Shown here: positions 28,338 through 37,684 of the stretch, piece by piece
Position numbering within the stretch: position 1 is the first letter of the stretch
Layout: every line of letters starts with the position of its first letter
Origin: Candidatus Hydrogenedentota bacterium
Lineage (GTDB): Bacteria > Hydrogenedentota > Hydrogenedentia > Hydrogenedentales > GCA-2746185
Direction of reading: 5' to 3'
DNA length: 56,194 bases
Assembly: GCA_046583315.1 (NCBI GenBank)
Contig: JAYGCN010000205.1
Span: 1-56,194, forward strand
Notes under the pieces: generated by a model
What the model was told of the DNA's origin: nothing
The model's input: the letters and a program-made list of their open reading frames with translations, nothing else
Databases searched by the model: none
Program-made: the position numbers and the translations under genes

Positions 28338-29495
28338 TTATGCCATATTTCGGGTGGTAATTTCGTGTTTCGTGCCTTCGCGGGAGTCCGCATCGGCGGC
28401 TAGGATCGCTTCAAGGTTCGAAACGGGCTTGATATCGGCGTTTTCCATCACACTTTTGATGATAGCCGCGATAGATAGAAAGGATATTTCACCGTCCCGA
28501 AAGGCCTGTACGGCCGTCTCGTTTGCGGCGTTGAGTATGGCACCCGCAGTACCTCCCAATTGAGCCGCTTGCCGCGCAAGGGCCAGACAGGGAAACTCTG
28601 AGAAGTCGGGTTTGGCGAAGGTGATGTCGTTCATCGTCGTCAGATCGAGTCGGGCCATGGGGGTAGAGACTCGTTTGGGCCAGCTGAGCGCGTATTGGAT
28701 GGGCAGGGTCATGTCGGTGACACCGAGGTGGGCGAGAATGCTGCCGTCGGTGAATTCGACGAGGCTATGAATGATGCTTTGGGGATGTATCACGACGTCG
28801 ATTTTCTCGAGGGGTACATCGAAAAGCCACATGGCTTCGATTATTTCGAGTCCTTTGTTCATGAGCGTTGCGGAATCGATGCTGATTTTGGCGCCCATGT
28901 TCCAGGTGGGATGATTGGCGGCCTGCTCGGGTGTCACGTTGGCGAGTGCTTGGCGATCTTGCTGGTAAAAGGGACCGCCCGATGCTGTAAGATGAATTTT
29001 GTAGATTTCGTCGGATGCGTGCCCATGAAGGCATTGGAATATCGCGTTGTGTTCGCTGTCTACGGGTAACACGTTGACGTTGTGCGCTCTGGCACTCGCC
29101 ATGATGAGTTGTCCCGCCATGACCATGGGTTCTTTGTTGGCAAGCGCGATGTCGTTGCTGTTTTCAATGGCGGAAAGAATTGGGCGTAACCCGATACCGC
29201 CGACGACACCGCATAGGACGATGTCACAATCAATGGCAGCGAGTTCGCACAAGCCTTCGATGCCGATCAAGATTTCCAGATCAGGATGTCGTTCGCGAAA
29301 CGCTTCTGCCGCTTGGGGATCCATAATCGCGACTGCCTTCGGGGCGAATTCCCGGACCTGCTCGTCAAGCTGTGCGATGTCTGCATTGGTTGAGAGCGTG
29401 TGCACGATAATTTCATCGGGGTAGGCGCGTGCGACGTTGAGCGCACTGTTGCCGATGGAGCCGGTGGAGCCAAGAATGGTGACGCGGCGTGGCAT
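28338..29495 (-). CDS. dxr: 1-deoxy-D-xylulose-5-phosphate reductoisomerase
   Basis: LGSTGSIG, LANKE, PVDSEH, TASGGPF, HPTWNMGAKISIDSATLMNKGLE. Confidence 0.98.
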   Translation of the reverse strand: MPRRVTILGSTGSIGNSALNVARAYPDEIIVHTLSTNADIAQLDEQVREFAPKAVAIMDPQAAEAFRERHPDLEILIGIEGLCELAAIDCDIVLCGVVGGIGLRPILSAIENSNDIALANKEPMVMAGQLIMASARAHNVNVLPVDSEHNAIFQCLHGHASDEIYKIHLTASGGPFYQQDRQALANVTPEQAANHPTWNMGAKISIDSATLMNKGLEIIEAMWLFDVPLEKIDVVIHPQSIIHSLVEFTDGSILAHLGVTDMTLPIQYALSWPKRVSTPMARLDLTTMNDITFAKPDFSEFPCLALARQAAQLGGTAGAILNAANETAVQAFRDGEISFLSIAAIIKSVMENADIKPVSNLEAILAADADSREGTKHEITTRNMA

Positions 29496-29498
29496 GCA

Positions 29499-31271
29499 TC
29501 AGTCCTTCTGTGCGACGTTGACTTTGTGGCGCAGAAGGTTAATGGTATCGCGGCTATCGTGCCGTTCCTGGAGGAAGGCCGTAATCTCCGACACCGACCC
29601 CATGTCGAGGATTTTCTTGGCGAGTCGTTTTGCCGTGGGCAGGCGTGTATTGGCAATTTCGGCGCGTACCATCGGGAGGGAGACGCTGGACATGCTGAGC
29701 GAGTCTGCACCCATGCCGACCAGCAGTTCGGTGAGCATCGGGTCGCCCGCCATCTCGCCGCAGATGGTGCAGGAGATTTGGGCTTTACGTGCCTCATCCA
29801 GAATATGTTTGACGGTGCGCAAGACGGCCATGTGTGTCGGCTGGTAGAGCTCGGCAGTGCGCGGATTAACCCGATCGGCGGCCAAGCAGTATTGAATAAG
29901 GTCGTTGGTTCCGATGCAGAAGAAATCGCACTCTTCAGCGAGTTTATCTGCGATGGTGGCGGCTGCGGGTACTTCAATCATGGAGCCTATCTCGACATCC
30001 GGATTGAATTCAACGCCGCGAGCCGTGAGATCCGCTATGACCTGATCGACGATGTCACGCGCTTCACGAAATTGATCGATCCCGGTGATCATGGGAAACA
30101 TGATTCGCATTTTCCCGAACACGCTGGCGCGTAACATGGCACGGAGTTGTGCTTTGAAGATATCGGGGCGATCCAGACACATGCGAATCGAACGCCAACC
30201 GAGTTGGGGGTTGGGTTCCACTTCACGTTGAAGGTGTGGCATGACTTTGTCGCCGCCCAGATCGAGGGTACGCATTGTTACGGGCAATGGCGCCATGGCT
30301 TCCAGAACTTTGCGGTAGGAATGAAACTGTTCGTCTTCTCCTGGAAGTGATGGGCGGTTCATGTACAAAAATTCGGTTCGGTAGAGGCCCACGCCCTGGC
30401 AGTGCGCCGCGATGCTGTTTCTTGTTTCTGCCAGTAGCTCGATGTTGGCGAAGGTCTGAATCTCGTGGCCGTCTTGCGTGAGACAAGGGCCTTCGATGGC
30501 CGATTGTGTTATCGCGAGACGCTCGGCCTCGATGCGCGCTTTTTCCTTTTCGTAGAAGGCAAGCGTTTCGGGCAGGGGATCGATTATGACAACGCCGCGT
30601 GTGCCATCGATAATGATGGTATCGTCAGCACTGACCAGTTTGGTAACCGTTTGAAGTCCGACGACGGAGGGAATATCAAAGGCGCGCGCAAGAATGGCCA
30701 TGTGCGATGTCGGCCCGCCTTCGTTGGTCACGATACCCAGTGTGTTGGGCATGTCCATGTTCGCCGTTTCCGATGGAGAGAGGTCGTGCGCCACGACGAT
30801 GCTCGGACGTTCAAGCGTTTCAAGCGTCTCGGTCTCGGCATGCGTAAGGTTGTTGAGTACCCGGCGTCCGATATCCACAAAGTCCATTGAGCGCTCACGA
30901 AACAGGGGATCGTCAATCTGCTCCATCATTTTCGTGTAGCGGTCGATTAGATCTTGAACCAGGAATTCGACGTTGAGATTTTCTTCTTTGAGGCGCCGTT
31001 CGATCTCGGGGCGAAACGCGATATCTTCGAGCATGTCAAGATGAGAGTGAAATATCGAGGCATGTTGTTCGCCAAGTTCTTCCTGAGTTTGGTCGCGCAA
31101 GACAATCAATTCGTCTCGGGAAGTCGCGAAGGCTGTTTCTAGCCGCTTCAGTTCTACTGCCGTGTCGTTGACCGTGAATCGCTGTACGCTGATTGTGCTC
31201 ACATGAAATGGGTATGCGGGTCCAATTGCGACGCTGGGTGATACGGGTATGCCTTTTAGTTTTATTTCCAC
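29499..31271 (-). CDS. ptsI: PTS enzyme I
   Basis: GGPTSHMAILAR (phospho-His), GLYRTEFL, RTLDLGGDK, GTNDLIQY, CGEMAG. Confidence 0.96.
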   Translation of the reverse strand: MEIKLKGIPVSPSVAIGPAYPFHVSTISVQRFTVNDTAVELKRLETAFATSRDELIVLRDQTQEELGEQHASIFHSHLDMLEDIAFRPEIERRLKEENLNVEFLVQDLIDRYTKMMEQIDDPLFRERSMDFVDIGRRVLNNLTHAETETLETLERPSIVVAHDLSPSETANMDMPNTLGIVTNEGGPTSHMAILARAFDIPSVVGLQTVTKLVSADDTIIIDGTRGVVIIDPLPETLAFYEKEKARIEAERLAITQSAIEGPCLTQDGHEIQTFANIELLAETRNSIAAHCQGVGLYRTEFLYMNRPSLPGEDEQFHSYRKVLEAMAPLPVTMRTLDLGGDKVMPHLQREVEPNPQLGWRSIRMCLDRPDIFKAQLRAMLRASVFGKMRIMFPMITGIDQFREARDIVDQVIADLTARGVEFNPDVEIGSMIEVPAAATIADKLAEECDFFCIGTNDLIQYCLAADRVNPRTAELYQPTHMAVLRTVKHILDEARKAQISCTICGEMAGDPMLTELLVGMGADSLSMSSVSLPMVRAEIANTRLPTAKRLAKKILDMGSVSEITAFLQERHDSRDTINLLRHKVNVAQKD

Positions 31272-31327
31272 GAATTGGCCTATGGTTGATGAATGGATAC
31301 GGCTAAGGTTGGGTCCGGGGTTCCGAC

Positions 31328-31603
31328 TTACATCTCTTCGCCAAATCCGGAGGAGATTAGGTCACGAATCGCAGTCATGGCATCGTCGGCGTCGCCCCCT
31401 TCGCAAATGACGAGCAGGCGGGCACCTTGTGCTGCGGCGAGCGTGAGTAGCCCCATGATGCTTTTGGCGTTGACGCGTTGTCCGTCTTTTTGCAGGTATA
31501 CATCGCATTGGAACTTGAGCACGGTCTGCACAAATCGCTGTGCCGGACGCAGGTGCATGCCCAATTTATTGAGTATCATCATGTCTTCTTCTACAGCGGT
31601 CAT
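31328..31603 (-). CDS. ptsH: HPr phosphocarrier protein
   Basis: GMHLRPA (His15) and NAKSIMGL (Ser46); start trimmed to ATG 31603 after GGAAAG. Confidence 0.95.
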   Translation of the reverse strand: MTAVEEDMMILNKLGMHLRPAQRFVQTVLKFQCDVYLQKDGQRVNAKSIMGLLTLAAAQGARLLVICEGGDADDAMTAIRDLISSGFGEEM

Positions 31604-31768
31604 GGGATTATCGTCTTTCCTGGCTCTATAAACCGATGGTATACGGGTTAAAAGGGCAGTATACCGAACTGGGGCAGGGGTCGGCAAACGAGGAATTCGG
31701 TATGGAACCCGAGAAATCTGGTGTGCAGGCACGGAAAAATAGTGCGTAGGTCGTTCCTATTACCCGGC

Positions 31769-32464
31769 TTAGAGGTCGCCGATGCCTTCGAAAACGAGGT
31801 TGAGTGGTAATTCGGTGGCGTTGCCTTCGGAGGTGGCCGGTAGCAACACGGTGAGGAAGTACCAGTCTTCTTCTTCCTCGTGGGTCAGTCGTGGGAATTC
31901 GCCGTCGGCTTCTTCGCGGGGCTGGAGGCTCAAAATGGGTGGGTGCTCAGCGATGGTGTCTTCGGATGCGATGTCGACCATGTCTTCCGGATCGTCCATT
32001 TCGAGCACTTCGGCATCGCGTGCCAGAGGAATCAGGATGGCAAATGTGTCAAAGGGTGAGGTGCCCATGTGATTGCCGTCTTGCGGCTGGAGGCACATGC
32101 GCAACACGTAGACACCGGGGTCAATGGGGTCCTCGCGGAAGTCGAATCGTTCTTCGCTGTCATGGACGACGAGTACGCCGAGCAGTGCGATTTCTTCGAG
32201 GTTTTCGAGGCTGTCTTTTGTGGTGTCTGCGATGTCGGAGATCTCGACGGTTTTCGCGAACCAGAATTCGAAGAAAGGGTCCCCTTCGCCTGAGATTTGG
32301 TGCACTTTTGGAACGAGCTGCGCTTTCACGTCGTCGCTGATTTCTTCTGGGAAGTCCTTGTTTTCGACGTTGAGCGCGAATCCGTCCTCGGCAAAGGCTG
32401 TGGCGGATAGAGCGAGGACTGCAATGAGTCCGAATAGGTTAATAGGATTGAACCAGTTACGCAT
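31769..32464 (-). CDS. Exported acidic hypothetical protein
   Basis: Signal peptide (..SATAFA-E); DFREDPIDPGVYVLR..QPQDGNHMGTSPF motif; AAGGAG RBS. Confidence 0.7.
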   Translation of the reverse strand: MRNWFNPINLFGLIAVLALSATAFAEDGFALNVENKDFPEEISDDVKAQLVPKVHQISGEGDPFFEFWFAKTVEISDIADTTKDSLENLEEIALLGVLVVHDSEERFDFREDPIDPGVYVLRMCLQPQDGNHMGTSPFDTFAILIPLARDAEVLEMDDPEDMVDIASEDTIAEHPPILSLQPREEADGEFPRLTHEEEEDWYFLTVLLPATSEGNATELPLNLVFEGIGDL

Positions 32465-32579
32465 GCTTGTTACTCCTTCTCTGGAAACGGGCGGATCGGC
32501 GTTTCTTGTCTATTCTATATAGACGAATTGGCGACTGAAATATTTACAGGTTCGGGGGTTCATTATGACCCGCACGATG

Positions 32580-32613
32580 AAAAAGGAACCGGCAGTCGCT
32601 GGACTACCGGTTC
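32580..32613 (-). terminator. Rho-independent terminator after the DUF1326 gene
   Basis: Minus strand GAACCGGTAGTC-cagc-GACTGCCGGTTC-CTTTTT. Confidence 0.75.
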
Positions 32614-32637
32614 GAAAGTATGATTGAATTATAGCAA

Positions 32638-33315
32638 TTACTTGGAAAACGAGGCAATAAATGTGCCACGACGTCCGGCATCGGTCCAACTGATGTCGAG
32701 GCCTTTGTCGGTGAATTTTTCGTAGGTGGTGAAGTGGGCCATGGCGTTGTCGACATCGGTCAGGGGTGTGTAGAACGCGACATCGTTTCCGCATTTCTTG
32801 TCGCCATCGTATAAGCAGCGTGCTTCAATGGCGGCGACATCAGACACTTTAAGGCTTGCGCAGGTTTCACCGCCGCAGGCATCCCGGTTCATCGAGATGG
32901 AAACGGTTTCCACACGAATAATATCGGATACAAGATCTTTACCCATTTCTTTGGCGAGGGATACGAGTGCGTCACGTTGCGCTGAGGTCGCGCGGTCATC
33001 GACGTATACGATGGCTTTGGCCGGAAGTGGGTTCGCTGCGGTGTCACCAAGCGTCGCGCTTGCACGAACCACTGCCGCAACGGTCAATCCATCGAGGTGG
33101 ATGCCGTCCTGCGAACCGCTGGTTACCTGCCAGGCAAGAATGGCTTCTTTACCGTTGAGATTGACTTCGGCATTGGCAAAACACGCTGCGGTGAAAACAT
33201 CGCAGGTGCGGGCTTCAAGGTAGTTGCCCTTGATGGGGGCTTCTTTAGTAACTCCGGCGATGGCTGCGCTGGAAACAAGGCATGCGATTGCTAGAGATGA
33301 GATAAAACGATTCAT
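32638..33315 (-). CDS. Exported DUF1326-like Cys-rich protein
   Basis: Signal peptide; GNYLEARTCDVFTAACFAN, LAWQVTSG, LDGL, VDDRATSAQRDAL, KCGND..YTPL. Confidence 0.75.
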   Translation of the reverse strand: MNRFISSLAIACLVSSAAIAGVTKEAPIKGNYLEARTCDVFTAACFANAEVNLNGKEAILAWQVTSGSQDGIHLDGLTVAAVVRASATLGDTAANPLPAKAIVYVDDRATSAQRDALVSLAKEMGKDLVSDIIRVETVSISMNRDACGGETCASLKVSDVAAIEARCLYDGDKKCGNDVAFYTPLTDVDNAMAHFTTYEKFTDKGLDISWTDAGRRGTFIASFSK

Positions 33316-33428
33316 TAGAGGTCTCCCTATAAGTTTCTGCTCTGGTGCTATTATGGCCCAAACCGGTCTTCTCAGTCCAGTTCCAGGCCTCCTTCTGACT
33401 CTTTAACACCAATATAGACAATTTGTGT

Positions 33429-33641
33429 CTATTCGTAACACTCCCGTCCTTCGATACATTCCTCAACATCCGATATTGCACCATCTGGGCCCATACCGTC
33501 GCTGGTCTGGGCGCACCAGATGATGCCGCAATCGTAGGCGTCTGGGGAGGAAACAACCCCGTCGGCGTAAAAGGACTTGTTTGAGCGGGCATGCCGACAG
33601 ATACGCACACGTTTCGGCGTTTCCTGTGTCGGCTCGCTCAT
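33429..33641 (-). CDS. Small Cys-rich protein (5 Cys, 70 aa)
   Basis: GAAAGGA RBS, 29 nt after the FAD-subunit stop; CRH..C..WCAQT..GPDG..C..REC. Confidence 0.75.
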   Translation of the reverse strand: MSEPTQETPKRVRICRHARSNKSFYADGVVSSPDAYDCGIIWCAQTSDGMGPDGAISDVEECIEGRECYE

Positions 33642-33670
33642 AGTAAATCCTTTCGTATTATTGGCTTAGG

Positions 33671-34642
33671 TTATCCAGCAGCGGCGGCTATTGCGCGACG
33701 CACGGCCACTTTGACCTGCTGTACCTTGTAGCCGTTCTTGCTGAGTGGCGATGCACCGTCCGCCGCAGCTTCACCAGCGGCCTTTTTCGTGGCATCGCTG
33801 ACAGATTGACCGTTCAACGCTGCTGCGGCTTTGGAAGCGACCCACGGTGTGGGGGCTACGTGTCCGAGTACGACCACGGCGTTGCTGATTTTGCCACCTT
33901 CTTCGTTATAGGCGACGGCTGCTGCGACCATGGGCCAATCGAGTCCGACGCGCTGACGAATTTCGTAGATCCCGTTTTTCTTGCCGCTAAGCGGGATGGA
34001 AATGCTCGTCAGAATTTCGTTGGACTTGATGGTGTACTCGCGATCGCTGTCAGACTTCGGTGCAGTGAAGAGATCGGCGACTTTGATATCGCGTGATCCT
34101 TTTGCACCTTGAAGCGTTACGGATGCACCGAGCGCGATCAAAGCCGGAGCCAGGCTGGAGGGATTCACGAATTTCGCCGGGCCGCTGTTACCAAAGATTG
34201 CGTGGTAACGGTTGTCGCCGTCAGGAATCAGCGAGTCGCCTTCATCCGTGCCGAGCAATCCGAAACCGTTACGGTAGAACCAGCAACGGGGACGTTGGAG
34301 CAGATCGCCGCCGACGGTTCCCATGTTGATCATTTGGGTGCTACCGATATTCTTAGTCGCGGTGACCAAGGCCGGGAAGTTTTTGTTTACGTCTTTGTCG
34401 GAGGCGAGCGCGCTTAGCTTAGTGGTTGCGCCGATGGTGAGGTTGCCCCCTTTCATCTTAATGCCGTCCAGACCTTTGACGTTTTTCAAACTGACGACAA
34501 CTTCGGGATCGGTGATGCCCTGTTTGAGAGCGGTTATCAGGTCGGTACCACCCGCGAGGACTTCCGTTTTCCCCCAGTTTTTCGCCAGAAGTTCAGTCGC
34601 TTCTTTCAGCGAACTTGGTTGTGCGTAGGTGAAGTTATTCAT
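33671..34642 (-). CDS. Xanthine dehydrogenase family FAD-binding subunit (PaoB/YagS-like)
   Basis: LAGGTDL, NMGTVGG, QRPRCWFYR, VLGHVAPTPW, PLSKNGYKV. Confidence 0.92.
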   Translation of the reverse strand: MNNFTYAQPSSLKEATELLAKNWGKTEVLAGGTDLITALKQGITDPEVVVSLKNVKGLDGIKMKGGNLTIGATTKLSALASDKDVNKNFPALVTATKNIGSTQMINMGTVGGDLLQRPRCWFYRNGFGLLGTDEGDSLIPDGDNRYHAIFGNSGPAKFVNPSSLAPALIALGASVTLQGAKGSRDIKVADLFTAPKSDSDREYTIKSNEILTSISIPLSGKKNGIYEIRQRVGLDWPMVAAAVAYNEEGGKISNAVVVLGHVAPTPWVASKAAAALNGQSVSDATKKAAGEAAADGASPLSKNGYKVQQVKVAVRRAIAAAAG

Positions 34643-36786
34643 GCAACACCTCCTTTAGCAATCGCGTCGAGAACGCGGTCCGGGGTCAATGGAAGTTCAG
34701 GGACTCGAATACCGATGGCGTTGGCCACGGCATTTGAAATCGCCGCGCCGGGTGACAGTACGGCGGGTTCGCCTATACCAATCACGCCACGACTTGCGTA
34801 TTTTTCATCGTCCATCAGGTGGACTTTGAGTTCGCCGATGTCACCCAGTCCAGCAAGACGATAGAATTCCATGTCAGCGTTGAGCATGGTCCCTGTCTTG
34901 TTGTCGTAGATGCCTTCTTCGTAGAGGGCGTAGGTGATTCCCATGATAGCGCCGCCGTAGAGCTGGCTTTCACAGGTTTTCAGGTCAATGACGAGCCCAG
35001 TGTCTTGAACGCTCACGTACTGGTTCATCGTGACGATACCGGTTTCGATATCAACGCTGACATCGGCCATTTGTACGCCGCCGACGCCGCCGGTAGTGAG
35101 CTTGGTCTTGTCGGAGGTTGGATTGGAGCCTTGTTTGGTGACTGGCATCGTGAGCAGTTCGCAGGCATCTTTCCAGGCCATGTTGTTGGACTCTTTGCCA
35201 ATCTCCTGGATTTTGCCGTCCCATGCTTCGAGGTTGTCTACCGGAACGCCGAGTTCTGCGGAGACTTTTTCGAGCAAGGCATTGAGTGCCTGTGTTCCGG
35301 CATCGCGCGCCGAAGCGGATACGCCACCAACGGTACTTGAGCCGCCGGATGCGCCGGATGCGGGCAGACTGTTCGAGCCGATTTCCATGGCGACTTGTTC
35401 CAGGTCAAGGCCGAGCGTATCCGCGATGACGATGGAAGTCACTGTTCGCGTTCCGGTGCCGAGATCCTGCGTCCCCATGCGCCCGACGACTGAGCCGTCC
35501 GGGTTGATGGTTACCGAACAGGCTGAAGGATGGCCTTGACCACCCCAGGTGTGAATCGACATTCCGATACCGCGTTTGATGTGGCCGGGGGTTTTGTCGC
35601 CGCGTGAATGCGCGAGATCTTTATAGCCAATCATTTCTGCGGCTTTATCAAACTCTTCGAGATAGGTTTCCTGAAGATCGGGATTAACCAGGCCTATGTT
35701 CTTCTTGAAGAATTCCATCTCGTCCATGCCGATGGTCGCCGCGGCGTCTGCGAGTGCGCACATGGTGAGTAGTGCGGCTTGCGGATGGTTGGGTCCACGC
35801 CAGGCGCGGGTAAGTCCACGGTTGGTTGGAATGCTCTTGCCAGTGTACTTCCAGTTGGGAATGCCTGTGAAGACGTAAGGCGTGGGGGGCATGCGGAATT
35901 TTTGCTGTCCACCGGAACCCCAGGCTTCCGCTTCGAGTGCCGTAATCGTGCCGTCCTTCTTCACGCCGACCTTGACGTTACCAAAGGCGGAGGGACGATG
36001 GCCCGCGACTTTGATTTCTTGGTCGCGTTCGAGCATGAGTTTGACGGGACGATTCGTTGAGATGCTCAGCTCAGCACAAATTGCGCCCCAGCGGTCTGAG
36101 GTGAATTTCGCGCCAAAGCCGCCGCCCATGTATTGGCAATCGACGTGTATCTTGTCGGCACTGATACCGAAGTCCTTCAATGGACGAGCAATTGAACCCG
36201 CATAGCCGGACACGTTTTGGGTGGAAGGCCAGATGTGTAGCTCGCCATCTTTGTGCTCGATGACTTGCCCGTGGGATTCGAGGCAGCAGTGTGTGATGAT
36301 GGGCAGACCGTAGTAGCCTTCCACTATTTCATCTGCTTCTGCGAAACCCGCGGCCACATCGCCACTTTCCTTAACTTGATCGCGGCCTGAAGCGTTGGCG
36401 GGGTCGCGGTCATCCATCTGCGGCGTGCCGGCTTCGTAGGCCACTTTAATTTTCGTGAGTGCTTCATCGACGATTTCTTCAGATTCCCCGGCAACCGTAC
36501 AAATAATATTGCCGTTGTAGGTGACGTTAGGAAGCTCGCCTTTTCTGTCTTTTTCGACGAGTACGGCTACGATGCCCGGCATTACTTCAGCCGCGCTCGT
36601 ATCGACAGCGGTGACGGTAGCCACTGCTTTGGAGGATTGAAGTATCTTTGCATACAGCAAGTTATCCGGATTCTGATCGTATGCATATTTTGCGGCACCG
36701 GTTACTTTCGCCGGGCCATCGAGGCGGCTGATTCGTGCGCCGATATTTTTTCTGCGTTCTGGTGCAGGCCATGCGGTCTTTGCCAT
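34639..36786 (-). CDS. Xanthine dehydrogenase family molybdopterin-binding subunit (PaoC/YagR-like)
   Basis: DGPAKVTGAAKY, MGGGFGAK, QDLGTG, SGGS, QLYGG, GIGEP (catalytic Glu), LPLTPDRV. Confidence 0.93.
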   Translation of the reverse strand: MAKTAWPAPERRKNIGARISRLDGPAKVTGAAKYAYDQNPDNLLYAKILQSSKAVATVTAVDTSAAEVMPGIVAVLVEKDRKGELPNVTYNGNIICTVAGESEEIVDEALTKIKVAYEAGTPQMDDRDPANASGRDQVKESGDVAAGFAEADEIVEGYYGLPIITHCCLESHGQVIEHKDGELHIWPSTQNVSGYAGSIARPLKDFGISADKIHVDCQYMGGGFGAKFTSDRWGAICAELSISTNRPVKLMLERDQEIKVAGHRPSAFGNVKVGVKKDGTITALEAEAWGSGGQQKFRMPPTPYVFTGIPNWKYTGKSIPTNRGLTRAWRGPNHPQAALLTMCALADAAATIGMDEMEFFKKNIGLVNPDLQETYLEEFDKAAEMIGYKDLAHSRGDKTPGHIKRGIGMSIHTWGGQGHPSACSVTINPDGSVVGRMGTQDLGTGTRTVTSIVIADTLGLDLEQVAMEIGSNSLPASGASGGSSTVGGVSASARDAGTQALNALLEKVSAELGVPVDNLEAWDGKIQEIGKESNNMAWKDACELLTMPVTKQGSNPTSDKTKLTTGGVGGVQMADVSVDIETGIVTMNQYVSVQDTGLVIDLKTCESQLYGGAIMGITYALYEEGIYDNKTGTMLNADMEFYRLAGLGDIGELKVHLMDDEKYASRGVIGIGEPAVLSPGAAISNAVANAIGIRVPELPLTPDRVLDAIAKGGVA

Positions 36787-36797
36787 TGTGATTCTCC

Positions 36798-37412
36798 TTA
36801 GGCCTTCTTCGCCAGGTTGAATGCGACTTCGGTGATGCCTTTGTAGGTACCACAGCGGCAGAGGTTGCCTCCCATGCCTGCGCGCACTTCATCGAGTGTG
36901 GCGCCGGGATTGTCACGAACGAAGGCGGTCGTAGCGACGATGAAACCCGGTGTGCAGAATCCGCACTGGGACGCATCGTGATCCACGTAGGCTTCCTGGA
37001 CATCGCTCATGTCGTCGGGAGTGCCCAGGCCTTCAACGGTCGTAATCTTGTGACCCTGTGCTTCAACTGCGAGGATCGAGCAGGAGTAGACGGGTTCGCC
37101 GTCGAGCAACACGGTGCACGCACCGCAGGTACCACGATCACATACTTTCTTGGCTCCGGTCGTGTCCAGTCGATTGCGCAGGGCATCGAGCAAGGTCACG
37201 CGCGGTTCCACGGTGAGTTTTTTGGATGCTCCATTGACACTCAGTGTGATGGATGTGCCTTCGGGGCCGATGGTTTTGGTCGCGGCTTCGGCGACTTGTT
37301 TTTCCGTTGAGGGCTGGACCAACCCTGTTGCCACGGCACCCGCGCTGACTCCCTTAAGGAAGCCACGGCGTGACATGTTCAACGGAGATGACTCGGTATC
37401 GTTCTCTAACAT
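36798..37412 (-). CDS. [2Fe-2S] subunit with Tat signal (PaoA/YagT-like)
   Basis: SRRGFLK twin-arginine signal; CDRGTCGACT and QCGFC..CRCGTY; AGGAGG RBS. Confidence 0.94.
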   Translation of the reverse strand: MLENDTESSPLNMSRRGFLKGVSAGAVATGLVQPSTEKQVAEAATKTIGPEGTSITLSVNGASKKLTVEPRVTLLDALRNRLDTTGAKKVCDRGTCGACTVLLDGEPVYSCSILAVEAQGHKITTVEGLGTPDDMSDVQEAYVDHDASQCGFCTPGFIVATTAFVRDNPGATLDEVRAGMGGNLCRCGTYKGITEVAFNLAKKA

Positions 37413-37460
37413 GCTCTCCTCCTAAACAATCGCTATACGATAATTAAAATCTATGTTTAA

Positions 37461-37476
37461 CTTGACGGAAGTCAAG
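37461..37476. promoter_or_regulatory. CRP/FNR-family-type box
   Basis: Perfect CTTGAC-ggaa-GTCAAG (TTGAC-N4-GTCAA), 49 nt upstream of the [2Fe-2S] gene start. Confidence 0.6.
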
Positions 37477-37621
37477 GTTTTAACACGTTCAGACAGCGTA
37501 TCATTCCTTCTGCGTTGATGCAACTCAGCTTATGAGTGATTTTCAGCCGGGGCAGGTCGTTATTTCTCCTTGGGGGGGTGGGCTTGATGGTCCTCCCAAA
37601 ATCCCGTTAGAATGGTCTTTG

Positions 37622-37643
37622 CCTACCCGTTATAACGGGTAGG
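37622..37643. promoter_or_regulatory. Perfect 22-bp palindrome upstream of xdhC
   Basis: CCTACCCGTTA|TAACGGGTAGG, just downstream of TTGATG-N18-TAGAAT (37584-37613). Confidence 0.55.
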
Positions 37644-37684
37644 AATTCTCGAATCTTACGCGAACCAGTCAGGAACACTGAGTA

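Noticed and set aside
34639..36786. Aerobic CO dehydrogenase CoxL
   Set aside because: The active-site loop is AWRGPNH, not AYxCSFR or AYRGAGR.
37413..37684. Moco riboswitch
   Set aside because: No recognisable Moco RNA motif by eye; only DNA dyads. An Infernal/Rfam scan would settle it.
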